A DNA stretch of 64,000 bases, from IMG/VR virus record IMGVR_UViG_3300025928_000005, positions 1 through 64,000 of that record, one strand, 5' to 3'. Under the pieces are notes generated by a model. That model was not told the origin of the DNA. It searched no databases and was given only the letters and a program-made list of their open reading frames with translations. A program made the position numbers and the translations under genes. The DNA is from a virus. Shown here piece by piece: positions 24,858 through 34,134 of the stretch. Every line of letters begins with the position of its first letter. The stretch's first letter is position 1.

Positions 24858-25733
24858 ATGACCGCGACGCTCACCTCCCAGCTCGTCTTCACCACCCTCG
24901 CCGGCAAGGTTGCCAGCCCGGGCACCGTGGCCGTGACCGACCTCGGCGTGAAGGCAACCGGCCAGGTCATCGTCAAGGCCACGCAGGTGGTCATCGCCTC
25001 CCTCGGGCGGCAGCCGCACCCCACCCGGGTCGGCACCACGATCTTCACCGCCACCCACATCGACGGCACCCAGGTCTACCAGGACGTCTACAAGCGCGAG
25101 GCCCTGGCGGCCATCGTCAAGCACCACAACCAGCTCGTCGCCACAGCTGACGTTGTCGCCGTCACGCACGGTCCGGTTGTCCTCCGCCCCGGCGAGCTCT
25201 CCGGCAAGCAGGTTCGGCAGGCGATCGACCACCCCAAGCTGAGCGGCAGCGAGGTGTACGCGCTCTCCAACTACACCGGCCCCGGCTACCGGTCGATGAA
25301 CGCGCACGTCCTCAAGGGCGACGCCAGTGACGCCAGCGAGCACACCCGGGAGCACGTCAAGCACCTCGCGGCGGCGATCGAGCGCTCGGCCGTCACCAAG
25401 CCCATCGCGCTCCTCCGCACGTTCCCGGCGCACACCGCCCTCCGGGTGTTCGGCGAGGTAGGATCGCAGGTGGGCGGCACGTTCACCGAGCAGCGGTTCA
25501 CGTCCACAACCACCGCCGGCCACGCCTTCCCGGCGTTCGGACCGGTCCAGGTCCACTACCACGTCCGTCCCGGCGCCCGGGCCCTGGACGTCAACCGCCA
25601 CAGCGGTGGCAATCACCACGACGAGTACGAGGTGATCATGCCTCCCGGGCAGAGCTACCGCATCCTCGCCGACCGGCTGGTCAGCGGCACCCGAGTCATG
25701 GAGATGGAGACGATCACCGATGAGCCTAGCTGA
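24858..25733 (+). CDS. VIP2/Alt-like mono-ADP-ribosyltransferase
   Basis: ALSNYTGPGYRSMN, LLR, FTSTT, EYEVIMP (R-STT-ExE signature). Confidence 0.85.
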   Translation: MTATLTSQLVFTTLAGKVASPGTVAVTDLGVKATGQVIVKATQVVIASLGRQPHPTRVGTTIFTATHIDGTQVYQDVYKREALAAIVKHHNQLVATADVVAVTHGPVVLRPGELSGKQVRQAIDHPKLSGSEVYALSNYTGPGYRSMNAHVLKGDASDASEHTREHVKHLAAAIERSAVTKPIALLRTFPAHTALRVFGEVGSQVGGTFTEQRFTSTTTAGHAFPAFGPVQVHYHVRPGARALDVNRHSGGNHHDEYEVIMPPGQSYRILADRLVSGTRVMEMETITDEPS

Positions 25734-25852
25734 GCGCATGGGTCTCACGCCCGAGGCGATCCGGTGGGGTCGCCGCGGGTGGGGCCGGAAGACGGGAAAC
25801 GAGCCCCACCCCCGCGGTGAGGAGGTGGGGCTCGAGGTGACGAGCGAGCCGG

Positions 25853-26224
25853 TCAGCTCGCCGGCGGGCCGCCGCGCAGGGTCACCGCCGGCGTCAGGTT
25901 CTGACGAAACAGCAATCCCAGCACCGCGGACGCCACCGCGGTGATCGCGCCGATCACGGTGGGCGGCAGGTTCAGGCCGAACGCGGCCACGGCCTGCGCG
26001 ACCGTGGCCAGCGCGCCGGTCACGACGGAGACGGCCACGGGGCGCGCCTGGACGGCGGTGACGATCGCGGCCAGGGCGGTCGTGATGGTGGTGACGGTCG
26101 CGGTCTGAGTCCCGTCGAGGTTCAGCAGGAAGGCGAGCACGGTGGCCACCCCACCGTTCACCGCCCAGGCCACCACGGCTGGCTCGTAGGCCAGCAGCTC
26201 CCTGAGCTTGGTCAGCAGGTTCAT
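25853..26224 (-). CDS. holin-like membrane protein
   Basis: MNLLTKLRELLAYEP...; several hydrophobic helices, ends RQNLTP; last gene of lysis block. Confidence 0.75.
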   Translation of the reverse strand: MNLLTKLRELLAYEPAVVAWAVNGGVATVLAFLLNLDGTQTATVTTITTALAAIVTAVQARPVAVSVVTGALATVAQAVAAFGLNLPPTVIGAITAVASAVLGLLFRQNLTPAVTLRGGPPAS

Positions 26225-26265
26225 CGGTTGGTCTCGCTCTCTTTCTCGCTCGGATCGTTCCTCGA

Positions 26266-27093
26266 TCAGACGACGAACTGCTTGTAGTCGACGTAGCCGG
26301 CGAGGCGCTGCAGGGTCGACAGGTGCAGCCGGTACGAGCCCTTGTCGCCCCAGCTGGCGCCCCACGAGTTGCGGACCCGGACCACGCAGGCCTCGAGGTC
26401 GAGCTTCCGCTCGGTGGCCCACGCGACCCGCTCCGCGGCGCTGACGCAGGTCTCGTGGCCGCCTGCGACCCCGGAGTTGAGGGCGCGCTGCAGGTCCTCC
26501 ACGGTGCCGTTGCCGTCGACGAAGCCCTGCGCGTCCGGCTCCATCCACGCGTTGAACCACGGTGAACCCATGATGACGGTGCCGCCCTGCAGCAGGGACA
26601 CGAGGCCGTGCACGTCGTGGGCGGTGCGGTGGCCCTTGATGAGGCCCTGGGTCTCGAGCTCGTGGCAGACGTAGAGGCCGGTGGAGCCGCAGTCGGTGGG
26701 CGGCCACTCCTGGGAGGGATCGCCGGTCTGGTACGTGACCGAGTGGTAGAGCTTGATCGCGAACTCCTCGTTCGCGACCGGGTCGGTGAGGGACAGGCCG
26801 GCGTCGGTGACCGCCTGCGCGCCGACCCGCGTGAACAGGTGACCAGCCAGGGACACGGTGCCGGCGTTGCAGGTGCACGAGCCGAGCGCGTCGACGTCCG
26901 GGGAGCCGGGGACGAGCTGGCTGGTGTGGATTCCCTGCGCGAGCAGGTCCTCCTGGTCGAGCACGGGAACGGGCGGCTCGTGGTCGACCTCCACGAGCGG
27001 CTCACCGCGGTGGAAGTGCAGCGTCTCGAGCCGGAGCGGCTCAGCGACCTGGTAGCGGCCGAACTTGGTGCGGGTGGTGCCGTTGTACGTCAC
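26266..27093 (-). CDS. papain-like (C1) cysteine peptidase
   Basis: LGSCTCNA, GGHETC, VRNSWGASWGDKG. Confidence 0.88.
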   Translation of the reverse strand: MTYNGTTRTKFGRYQVAEPLRLETLHFHRGEPLVEVDHEPPVPVLDQEDLLAQGIHTSQLVPGSPDVDALGSCTCNAGTVSLAGHLFTRVGAQAVTDAGLSLTDPVANEEFAIKLYHSVTYQTGDPSQEWPPTDCGSTGLYVCHELETQGLIKGHRTAHDVHGLVSLLQGGTVIMGSPWFNAWMEPDAQGFVDGNGTVEDLQRALNSGVAGGHETCVSAAERVAWATERKLDLEACVVRVRNSWGASWGDKGSYRLHLSTLQRLAGYVDYKQFVV

Positions 27094-27398
27094 GCGGGTG
27101 GTCCTGTCTGATCGTTGATCCCGAGGTGGTTGTGAACGGCGTCGAGCTTGTCGCCGTGGGCGTCGAGCTTGGCGTCGTGGTTCTGCTGTCGGTCTGCGAT
27201 CAGCTGCTGGCCGACCATGATCACGCTGAGCATGACGAGCTGGATGAAGGTCTGCGACAGCCACTGCACGTAGTCCGGGAGCTGGCTCGAGCCGTAGGGG
27301 AAGCCCACGATCGCGAGCGCGACGAAGACGTACGCGCACCACATGGTGCCCACCAGGTCAGTGATCTTGACCGCGAGCCACTCGTTGACGCGTCTCAC
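27090..27398 (-). CDS. small membrane protein (DUF1003-like)
   Basis: VGTMWCAYVF...WLSQTFIQLVMLSVIMVGQ. Confidence 0.7.
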   Translation of the reverse strand: MRRVNEWLAVKITDLVGTMWCAYVFVALAIVGFPYGSSQLPDYVQWLSQTFIQLVMLSVIMVGQQLIADRQQNHDAKLDAHGDKLDAVHNHLGINDQTGPPA

Positions 27399-27402
27399 CG
27401 GG

Positions 27403-28311
27403 TCACGCCTGGGCCACGACCGTGGTGACGCCGCTGCCGACGTCCGTGATCTTCCAGCTGCCGGGCACGGTGACGTCGACCGCGGCGCCGCTGATCGCGA
27501 CGCCGGTGACGTTGACCAGGCGGGGCGTGTCGACGCCGACCCGGGAGATCCGAACCCACTCGGCGAGCGTGGCCTGCTCCACCCACACGCCGTCGCCGCT
27601 CGCGCCCTTGACGGTCGTGGGGTAGGCGGCGAGCAGGTCGGCGCGCTCCGCGGCGGTCGCGAGGCCGACGTACACGCCGAACTCGTCGCGCCACACGCCG
27701 AACGGGAAGAGCGAGTTGCCGTCGTTCACGTCCGTGACGGCCGACGCCATGAACAGCACGGGACTGGGTGCCACGTCATCATCTCCCTGGTTGTCGTTGG
27801 GGCTCGGCGCGGGGTCGACGCCGGGCCAGTAGTCGGCGACGATCGACTCGTCCCAGTGGCCGCCCGGCGTGTCGGTGAACTGGTGAGCCACCGCCCCGAC
27901 CGGGATGACCGGCTCGCCGCTCACGTCGGTGGGTGAGGGATAGCCAGAGATCCAGTAGGTCGGCTGAGGCACGCCGCGGTCGTGGAACGCGGCCTGGCAC
28001 GCGCCCCAGTTGAAGTAGCCGCAGTAGACGACCGGGTTCGGGTGCCCCGCGGCGCGGCGCGCCTCCACCCAGTCGACGGCCTGGTCGGCCGTGGCGTCCC
28101 CCGTCTCCCGATCGATGACGTCCCCGTCGTTGGTGCTCGAGAACACCGCGACCCGCACGTGCTGGCTCCCCGGGAAGCGGTCCCAGCCAGCCGCTGGCCA
28201 CGCGTAGGCGCCGTCGATGTAGCCGGCAACCAGGGCCCACGGCTCCCCGGTCTGCGGGTCACTCACGGGGATGTCGGTGGGGGTGATGGAGTCCGCCATG
28301 CGTCTGGTCAC
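27403..28311 (-). CDS. endolysin, GH25-like muramidase N-terminal domain
   Basis: AGYIDG, DRETGD, PVVYC, YWIS.Y, AHQFTD, WDES; linker then C-terminal domain; AGGAGG RBS. Confidence 0.75.
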   Translation of the reverse strand: MTRRMADSITPTDIPVSDPQTGEPWALVAGYIDGAYAWPAAGWDRFPGSQHVRVAVFSSTNDGDVIDRETGDATADQAVDWVEARRAAGHPNPVVYCGYFNWGACQAAFHDRGVPQPTYWISGYPSPTDVSGEPVIPVGAVAHQFTDTPGGHWDESIVADYWPGVDPAPSPNDNQGDDDVAPSPVLFMASAVTDVNDGNSLFPFGVWRDEFGVYVGLATAAERADLLAAYPTTVKGASGDGVWVEQATLAEWVRISRVGVDTPRLVNVTGVAISGAAVDVTVPGSWKITDVGSGVTTVVAQA

Positions 28312-28742
28312 GTGGTCAACCTCCTGACGAGCTTGGACGCCTCGTAGTCGGCGGCCGCGAGCACGTGCACCCCGCCGTGGCCGCGGTGGTGCGTCTGGCA
28401 GAGCAGGGTGAGGTTCTCGTCCCCGTCGAGCCACGCGCCGACCCCGGCCGTCGTGACGCCGGGCCACTGCTCCTCGAGCAGTGCCGCGTCGGCGCCGTTC
28501 AGGAGCGCGAACTCGAGGTGCGTGTGGTGTGCCTCGAGCGGGTGGGCGCCGTCGCACTCCGAGGCGTCACCGTCCCGGAACTGAGCCGCGAAGTCGCAGT
28601 GATACGTGCCGGCCTCGCGGCGGCGGCGCTTGTATTCCTCGAACTCGGCGCGGTGCGGGTCCTCGGCGCGGGGCTCGTGTGCCGGGTAGTGAACCACGTA
28701 GGAGTGGGTCACCCGCTGGTCGTGAGCTGGGACGTCGGTCAC
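28308..28742 (-). CDS. HNH-like protein
   Basis: LEAHH...NLTLLCQTHHRG..GVH. Confidence 0.65.
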   Translation of the reverse strand: MTDVPAHDQRVTHSYVVHYPAHEPRAEDPHRAEFEEYKRRRREAGTYHCDFAAQFRDGDASECDGAHPLEAHHTHLEFALLNGADAALLEEQWPGVTTAGVGAWLDGDENLTLLCQTHHRGHGGVHVLAAADYEASKLVRRLTT

Positions 28743-29143
28743 CGGGTCACCCGCCTCTCCGCTCGCTGCGGCCGCTCGAGGTCGGTCACGCGGCGGTCGA
28801 GGTCGTCGACGACGCCGCGGATGTGGTTGAGGTGACCGTCGACGCGACCCACGACGTCCTTGACCGACTTGCCACCGTTGGGGTTGAGCTCCGTCTCGAC
28901 GGCTGCGACCCGGCCCTCGATGCACCTGAGGGCGCTGTCCTGCTGGGACAGGCGCTCCATGACGCCGGGACGATGCGGGACGCCGGGGCGCGCCTCCGCG
29001 CCGTTCCAGTCCTCGAGAAAGAAGTCGAACTTCGCGTTGAACTTCCGGATCTTGCGGAGGACCCACGCACCGCCACCGACGAACGCGATGGAGCCAGCTC
29101 CGAGGCCCCCGATGATGGACGCCACGGTGTTGAAGTCGGTCAT
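28739..29143 (-). CDS. membrane protein of lysis cassette
   Basis: N-terminal TM helix; DWNG.EARPGVP.RPGVMERL...PNGGKS.KD. Confidence 0.75.
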   Translation of the reverse strand: MTDFNTVASIIGGLGAGSIAFVGGGAWVLRKIRKFNAKFDFFLEDWNGAEARPGVPHRPGVMERLSQQDSALRCIEGRVAAVETELNPNGGKSVKDVVGRVDGHLNHIRGVVDDLDRRVTDLERPQRAERRVTR

Positions 29144-29182
29144 GCTGGCTCCCTCACTGCTGGGTTTTTCGGGTGGGTCTTC

Positions 29183-29470
29183 TCACGCGCTGTACTGCCG
29201 CGTGAAGACGCCGTTCTGCACGATCGAGAAGCCAGCCGAGAGGGCGGGCGTCTCGTTTGAGTAGGCCGGCTGTGAGACGAGCCAGTCGGTCGGGTGAACG
29301 ACGTTCATGAACATCTCGTTGCCGACCTGGCACGTCGACGCGACGTTGGTCACGGTGTTCGTGAACACCGACCAGCTGTTCCCGATAACGGTCTGAAGCT
29401 CAGCCGCGTTGGTGCCGGTGTACTGAACTGCCTCTACCGTTCCGAGAAGGGTGTGATTGCTCGCGGGCAC
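29183..29470 (-). CDS. hypothetical protein
   Basis: 95 aa, VEAVQYTGTN. Confidence 0.7.
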   Translation of the reverse strand: MPASNHTLLGTVEAVQYTGTNAAELQTVIGNSWSVFTNTVTNVASTCQVGNEMFMNVVHPTDWLVSQPAYSNETPALSAGFSIVQNGVFTRQYSA

Positions 29471-29482
29471 GGTTTTCCTCTC

Positions 29483-30019
29483 CTAGGCGTGGATCCACAT
29501 GACGAACATGGTGCTCGTGTTGTTGGAGCCGTTCTGAGTGCTGAGGCTGCCGCCGGACGTCTGCGTGCCGAGCAGCTCGACGTAGTCGTTGACGCTGACC
29601 TGCGTCATGACCGTCGTGGCGGGAACGTTGGTGTTGACGCCGCCGGCGGTGTTCGTGGGCAGGATGATCTGACTGCCGATGAGGAGCGACGACCCGTTGA
29701 GCCGCAGGGTAGCGGCTCGGGCACCCGTGGCGTTTGGCTGCCACGCGGTGCTGCCGCCGATGAGGTAGGTGCCGGCTACCTGAAACGTGTAGCGCGTGTT
29801 GTTGGTGACGGTGCTGTGACCGTTGTACGTGTCGATGAGCGAGCCATCGAGCACGATGGGCGTCGCCGACCCGCTGCCGACGCTCTGTGGGTTGATCTGG
29901 TACAGCGACGCGATCGGTGGGTTCTCGAGAAACGAGATGCCGCTGTAGAAGGTGTTGATGTTGTCCGCGGTGACGACCTCGCCGACCACGAACTGGTGAG
30001 GCACGGGAACGCTGGCCAT
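29483..30019 (-). CDS. minor tail / receptor-binding protein (C1q-like beta domain)
   Basis: GEVVTA..N; NNTRYTFQVAGTYLI; DYVEL. Confidence 0.75.
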   Translation of the reverse strand: MASVPVPHQFVVGEVVTADNINTFYSGISFLENPPIASLYQINPQSVGSGSATPIVLDGSLIDTYNGHSTVTNNTRYTFQVAGTYLIGGSTAWQPNATGARAATLRLNGSSLLIGSQIILPTNTAGGVNTNVPATTVMTQVSVNDYVELLGTQTSGGSLSTQNGSNNTSTMFVMWIHA

Positions 30020-30027
30020 GGGATCTC

Positions 30028-33000
30028 CTACCAGGTGACGACGTTGCCGTCGTCGAGCTGCCCGTGGATCGGGTCGTTGAGGATGAGGCCGAGGACGGTG
30101 AGGGTCGCGATGGAGGTGGGCATCAGGTCAAACGTGATGGCCCACTGCCCCTCCTTGTAGTTGACGAGCTGATGCACGCCGATGATGGTCACGTCAAGCG
30201 AGATCGAGCTCGCGCCGACGGGGCGACGGTTGAGGGTGACGCGGTCCCCGATGTCGAGGCTCAGCAGGGTCGAGAAGAACGCCGAGTTTGCGCCCGGGGT
30301 GAAGGTGACGCTCTGCACGCGCTGCTTAGGCTGAGCGTACTGGCTGGCGAGCCAGTTCGCGAGGTCGATCGACTGGGTGACGCTGCTGAAGAGGCTGGTC
30401 AGCTGCTGGCTGCGGTCCCCGTAGCTGCTGATGGAGGTCAGGTTCTTGACGTAGATGACGGGGCTGCTGACCGTCGTCTGCCCGAACGCGGGGGTTCCCT
30501 GGTGGGTAACCTGGATGTCGTTGTAGACGTACTGCGGGTCGTAGTCGAGCTCCACGTCGACGAGGTAGGGGATCTCGCCGGCGGCCGTGTTCTCCCCGAA
30601 GACGGCTTGGACGCCGCGGTCGAGCGCGTGGTTGCGCGTGCGGTAGACGAGGTAGCCGTTCTTGTCGACGTAGAGCAGTGCCTGCTCGGTGGTTCCCACG
30701 TTGTCGATGGCCGCCGCGACGCCGGAGCCGTCGATCGTGGTCGCGCCGGCGAGCTGGCTCGTGCCCACGTCGTAGTACACGCGGTGCGGCACGGGCCACA
30801 GCATGTAGGAGAGGAGCCGGGACACGCGCCAGTCACCGAAGTCACCGGCGAGGGCGTTGATGCCGGTCTGGTTGTATGTGACGAGGCGCGAGAAGCTGAG
30901 CTCGCGGGGAAAAACGCAGATGTGGCTGACGCCCATGTTGCAGAAGTAGCCCGACTCGAAGCGGTCGGCGCGCCCAACGAAGCTGAAGTAGGACCAGTTC
31001 GTCGTCATGCTGTCCGTGCCGGTGAGGACCTCGGCGTTGCCGACGTAGAGCGTGAAGCCGGTGTTGTCGAAGTTGAGCATCATCGGCAACGTGATGTTGG
31101 TGCACGGGAACGCGCCCGGGGTGTGGTCGGTGGGGGTGCCGGCCGTGTTCCAGGTGGTGACGTTCGCGTGGAAGGACGTGTCGATCCAGACCTGGATGAT
31201 GGGCCCGGTCTGGCCGATGGCGGTGAAGACGGCGTTGCGGGTCTGGGTCGTGATGGGGCCGCCGGGGGAGGGGATGCGCATCCACCACGCGACGCAGACG
31301 CCCTCGTTGATGGGCGGCAGGGGCGGCCCATTGTAGGTGAGCGTGAAGCCGACGTTGCCCTGGCTGGACAGGAGGCCCTTGAGCTCCCAGTTGGTGCCGG
31401 TGTCGCCCACGAGCTGAACGAGGTTGCTGCCGAAGGCCTGCGTGCTGTTGCCGGCGCCGTTCTTGGCCTCGATGATCGTGAGCGGCGTCGAGTTGTTGCC
31501 GAGGCCGATGTTGACCGCGGTGCTCGAGCTGTTGCCGTCGGCGCACGGCCAGTAGCCGACGGGGCTGTCGAGGAGGCGCTCGCCCTTGACGATGCTGGGA
31601 AGGATGCCGACGAACATGGCCCACGCGTCGACGCCGACGGCGTTGACCTGACCCCAGTGCGGGTCGGTCCACACCTCGGGCCACCGCTCCATGAAGCCGG
31701 TGAACACGGGATAGATCTTGCCCTGCCAGATGGCGGTGAGGCGGATGGGCGTGTAGGCCTGGATGGTGTAGGGGCTCGCCGGGTTGTTGGGGGTGAGGTA
31801 GCCATCGTCGTTGCGCAGCACGAAGTCGACCTCGGCGGACTCGAGCGAGTTGAGCTCGTACTGTCGGCCGCGCTTGAGGTTGTGGGACAGGAGCCGGTTG
31901 GAGATGTCGACGTACTGCAGCTGGTCGGGTGGCGTGCTGGAGGGGTAGCCGAACGCGGCCTCGAGCTTGAGGTAGGGCCAGTTCGCGTTGACCACGGCGG
32001 GCTGGGTTTGAGGGATCAGGCGAATCGCCGCGGTCGCGGTCGCGTCGCAGATGGAGACGCCGTTCTGCTGGGTGATGGTGCCGCGGCCGATGTACGTGTG
32101 GGCGCTGGTGGGCGGCGTGTTGTTCTGGGTCACCTTCAGGGTCGCGAACGCGGCCGCGGCCGGTGCGACGCCGATGACGAAGTTGTTGGTCCACGTGTTG
32201 CTGATCGTGCTGAACTGGGCGCTCGTCGAGGAGCTGATGGCGACGAGGCTCGAGTTGAGGAATGTCAGGGTGACGGTGTAGCCGTTCCACGTCGCGGTTC
32301 CCGCGCCGAACAGGTAGGCGTCCGCCTGGTAGACGAACCCCGGCGTGACGGCCGGCGCGGCCGTCGTCGTGATCTGCACGCTGTTCGTGCTGCTGGTCCC
32401 GTTGGGGGTCCACAGGGCGATGTTGTTCGACGTCAGGCGCGTGTCGGCGCTGTTGTTGGGCCACGAGAAGCCGCTGACCGCCGCGAGGGTCGCGTTGGTC
32501 GCGCTCCATCCCGAAGTGCCGGGGGCGAAGACGGGGTTGTTGTTGAGCGGATTGACCGAGTAGACCCGGGAGTTGTTGCCGCCGCTGGTGACCTGCGCCA
32601 CGATGTTGACCGCGACGTCACCGAGCGTGTCGACGTTGTTGATGCTGTGAACCGTGTGGTCGTCGTAGGCGCTCCACCCGTTGAGAAGGACCTGGTCGAT
32701 CGTCCAGGACGTGGCCCGGTTGGTCGCGGCCGCGGAGATGACGAGGTCGGTCTGCGAGGGCGTGGTGGTCACGCCGGTCGCGGAGGAGAGAGCGAACGCG
32801 CTCGCGGTGGTGTCGACGTCGAGCCAGGACGGCATGCCGCTGACCTGCCACACCTGAGCCGCCATGCCGGTGACCTGGCTGAGCGGCGCGATGGACACCT
32901 CGGTGGTCGACGCCGACACGTTGGGTGCGGCCCAGATGGCGACGCGCGCCGCGGAGCTGAACCCGCCGTTGGGCACGAGGGTCACCTGGGACGCGTACAT

Positions 33001-34134
33001 GATGTCCCACGGCTTGGGGTTCGCGAACATGACGACGCCGACGCCGACGAACGCGGCGTTCGTCGGCGCCTGGCCCGCGACCGTCACCTGCGACCACTCA
33101 CCCTGCGGCGCGAAGGAGCTGTTGGAGTAGGTGGTGGAGATGAACACCTTGGAGCCGTCGTACCAGTTGAGCGCCGTCGCGACGTAGTAGTACCCGGTGG
33201 GTGAGTAGAAGTACGCGTTGCCGGTGTAGAACAGGGACGGCGTGATCCCCACCAGGTCAGCGGTGTCCGTCATCAGGCTGACTTGGCTCGACGTGCCGCT
33301 GGGCGAGATCTTGATCGACGGCAGGTTGTTGAGCGTCTCCGCGGTGGAGGACGTGAACGTCGCCCCGGAACCGGTCCAGCCGGTCAGGGGCGCGTTCACG
33401 GCGAAGTACGGGTTGACGTTGAGCACCGTCTGCTCGGCGAGGCCCGCGTTCGACGCGTACCAGATGTTGGCCGCGGTGGGCGTGCCGCCGGCGGCCACGG
33501 TCACCGTCGCGGTCACCGCGGTGCCGGGTGCCTTCGCGCTGGTGACCACCTGGGTCCAGGTCTGGGCGCTGACGACGTTGTCCGCCCCCGTCACCGTGGA
33601 GATGACGGTGCCGCCGCCGTCGTACCAGGTGATGTCCACGTGCACGTGGGACTCGGCGCTCGTGAACCACACGTAGGCGGAGCCGGTGACGAGGTTGTAG
33701 CGGATGTTCGAGATGTTGACCTTGCCGCTGGTGATCGACACCGTGGCGCTGGTGCCGTTGTTGACGACCTGGCCCGCGAAGGCGTTGTTGCCGAGGGTGC
33801 GCGCGGCGCTCGCGGTCAGGGTGCCGTTGGTCGCGGTCCAGCCGGTCGTCGTGCCGCTCTGAAAGCTGTAGTTCTGGTTGAGCAGGAACGTCGCGCTCGT
33901 GGGGGACACGGGAGACGTCGCGACGGGCACCCAGTAGTTGCTGCCGTCGTCGCCGACGCTGATCGACGCGGGAAGCTGAGGCACCTCGTGCCAACCCACG
34001 AACGCGAACAACCAGTTGCCGCCGCTGACGCTGCTGATCGCGATGTTCAGCATCTGGTTGCTGGGCTGCGTCGTGGTGTAGATGTCCGGCACCGACCACG
34101 AGCCGCCCCACGTGTTGGTGACCACGGGGGCCAT
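30028..34134 (-). CDS. large minor tail protein with repeated carbohydrate-binding (CBM4/9-like) and LamG-like domains
   Basis: Start MAPVVT by TGATG overlap with tape measure; three LNxN..F...GW...WT...AP..A repeats; DSPVGYWP. Confidence 0.85.
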   Translation of the reverse strand: MAPVVTNTWGGSWSVPDIYTTTQPSNQMLNIAISSVSGGNWLFAFVGWHEVPQLPASISVGDDGSNYWVPVATSPVSPTSATFLLNQNYSFQSGTTTGWTATNGTLTASAARTLGNNAFAGQVVNNGTSATVSITSGKVNISNIRYNLVTGSAYVWFTSAESHVHVDITWYDGGGTVISTVTGADNVVSAQTWTQVVTSAKAPGTAVTATVTVAAGGTPTAANIWYASNAGLAEQTVLNVNPYFAVNAPLTGWTGSGATFTSSTAETLNNLPSIKISPSGTSSQVSLMTDTADLVGITPSLFYTGNAYFYSPTGYYYVATALNWYDGSKVFISTTYSNSSFAPQGEWSQVTVAGQAPTNAAFVGVGVVMFANPKPWDIMYASQVTLVPNGGFSSAARVAIWAAPNVSASTTEVSIAPLSQVTGMAAQVWQVSGMPSWLDVDTTASAFALSSATGVTTTPSQTDLVISAAATNRATSWTIDQVLLNGWSAYDDHTVHSINNVDTLGDVAVNIVAQVTSGGNNSRVYSVNPLNNNPVFAPGTSGWSATNATLAAVSGFSWPNNSADTRLTSNNIALWTPNGTSSTNSVQITTTAAPAVTPGFVYQADAYLFGAGTATWNGYTVTLTFLNSSLVAISSSTSAQFSTISNTWTNNFVIGVAPAAAAFATLKVTQNNTPPTSAHTYIGRGTITQQNGVSICDATATAAIRLIPQTQPAVVNANWPYLKLEAAFGYPSSTPPDQLQYVDISNRLLSHNLKRGRQYELNSLESAEVDFVLRNDDGYLTPNNPASPYTIQAYTPIRLTAIWQGKIYPVFTGFMERWPEVWTDPHWGQVNAVGVDAWAMFVGILPSIVKGERLLDSPVGYWPCADGNSSSTAVNIGLGNNSTPLTIIEAKNGAGNSTQAFGSNLVQLVGDTGTNWELKGLLSSQGNVGFTLTYNGPPLPPINEGVCVAWWMRIPSPGGPITTQTRNAVFTAIGQTGPIIQVWIDTSFHANVTTWNTAGTPTDHTPGAFPCTNITLPMMLNFDNTGFTLYVGNAEVLTGTDSMTTNWSYFSFVGRADRFESGYFCNMGVSHICVFPRELSFSRLVTYNQTGINALAGDFGDWRVSRLLSYMLWPVPHRVYYDVGTSQLAGATTIDGSGVAAAIDNVGTTEQALLYVDKNGYLVYRTRNHALDRGVQAVFGENTAAGEIPYLVDVELDYDPQYVYNDIQVTHQGTPAFGQTTVSSPVIYVKNLTSISSYGDRSQQLTSLFSSVTQSIDLANWLASQYAQPKQRVQSVTFTPGANSAFFSTLLSLDIGDRVTLNRRPVGASSISLDVTIIGVHQLVNYKEGQWAITFDLMPTSIATLTVLGLILNDPIHGQLDDGNVVTW

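Noticed and set aside
25720-25944. 74-aa plus-strand ORF after the ART gene
   Set aside because: Has a plausible RBS but overlaps the convergent holin by about 90 nt and has no motifs; not supportable.
24774-27005. 743-aa minus-strand ORF
   Set aside because: Off-frame read through the peptidase and holin genes and antisense to the ART; low-complexity Arg/Pro/Ser/Thr composition.
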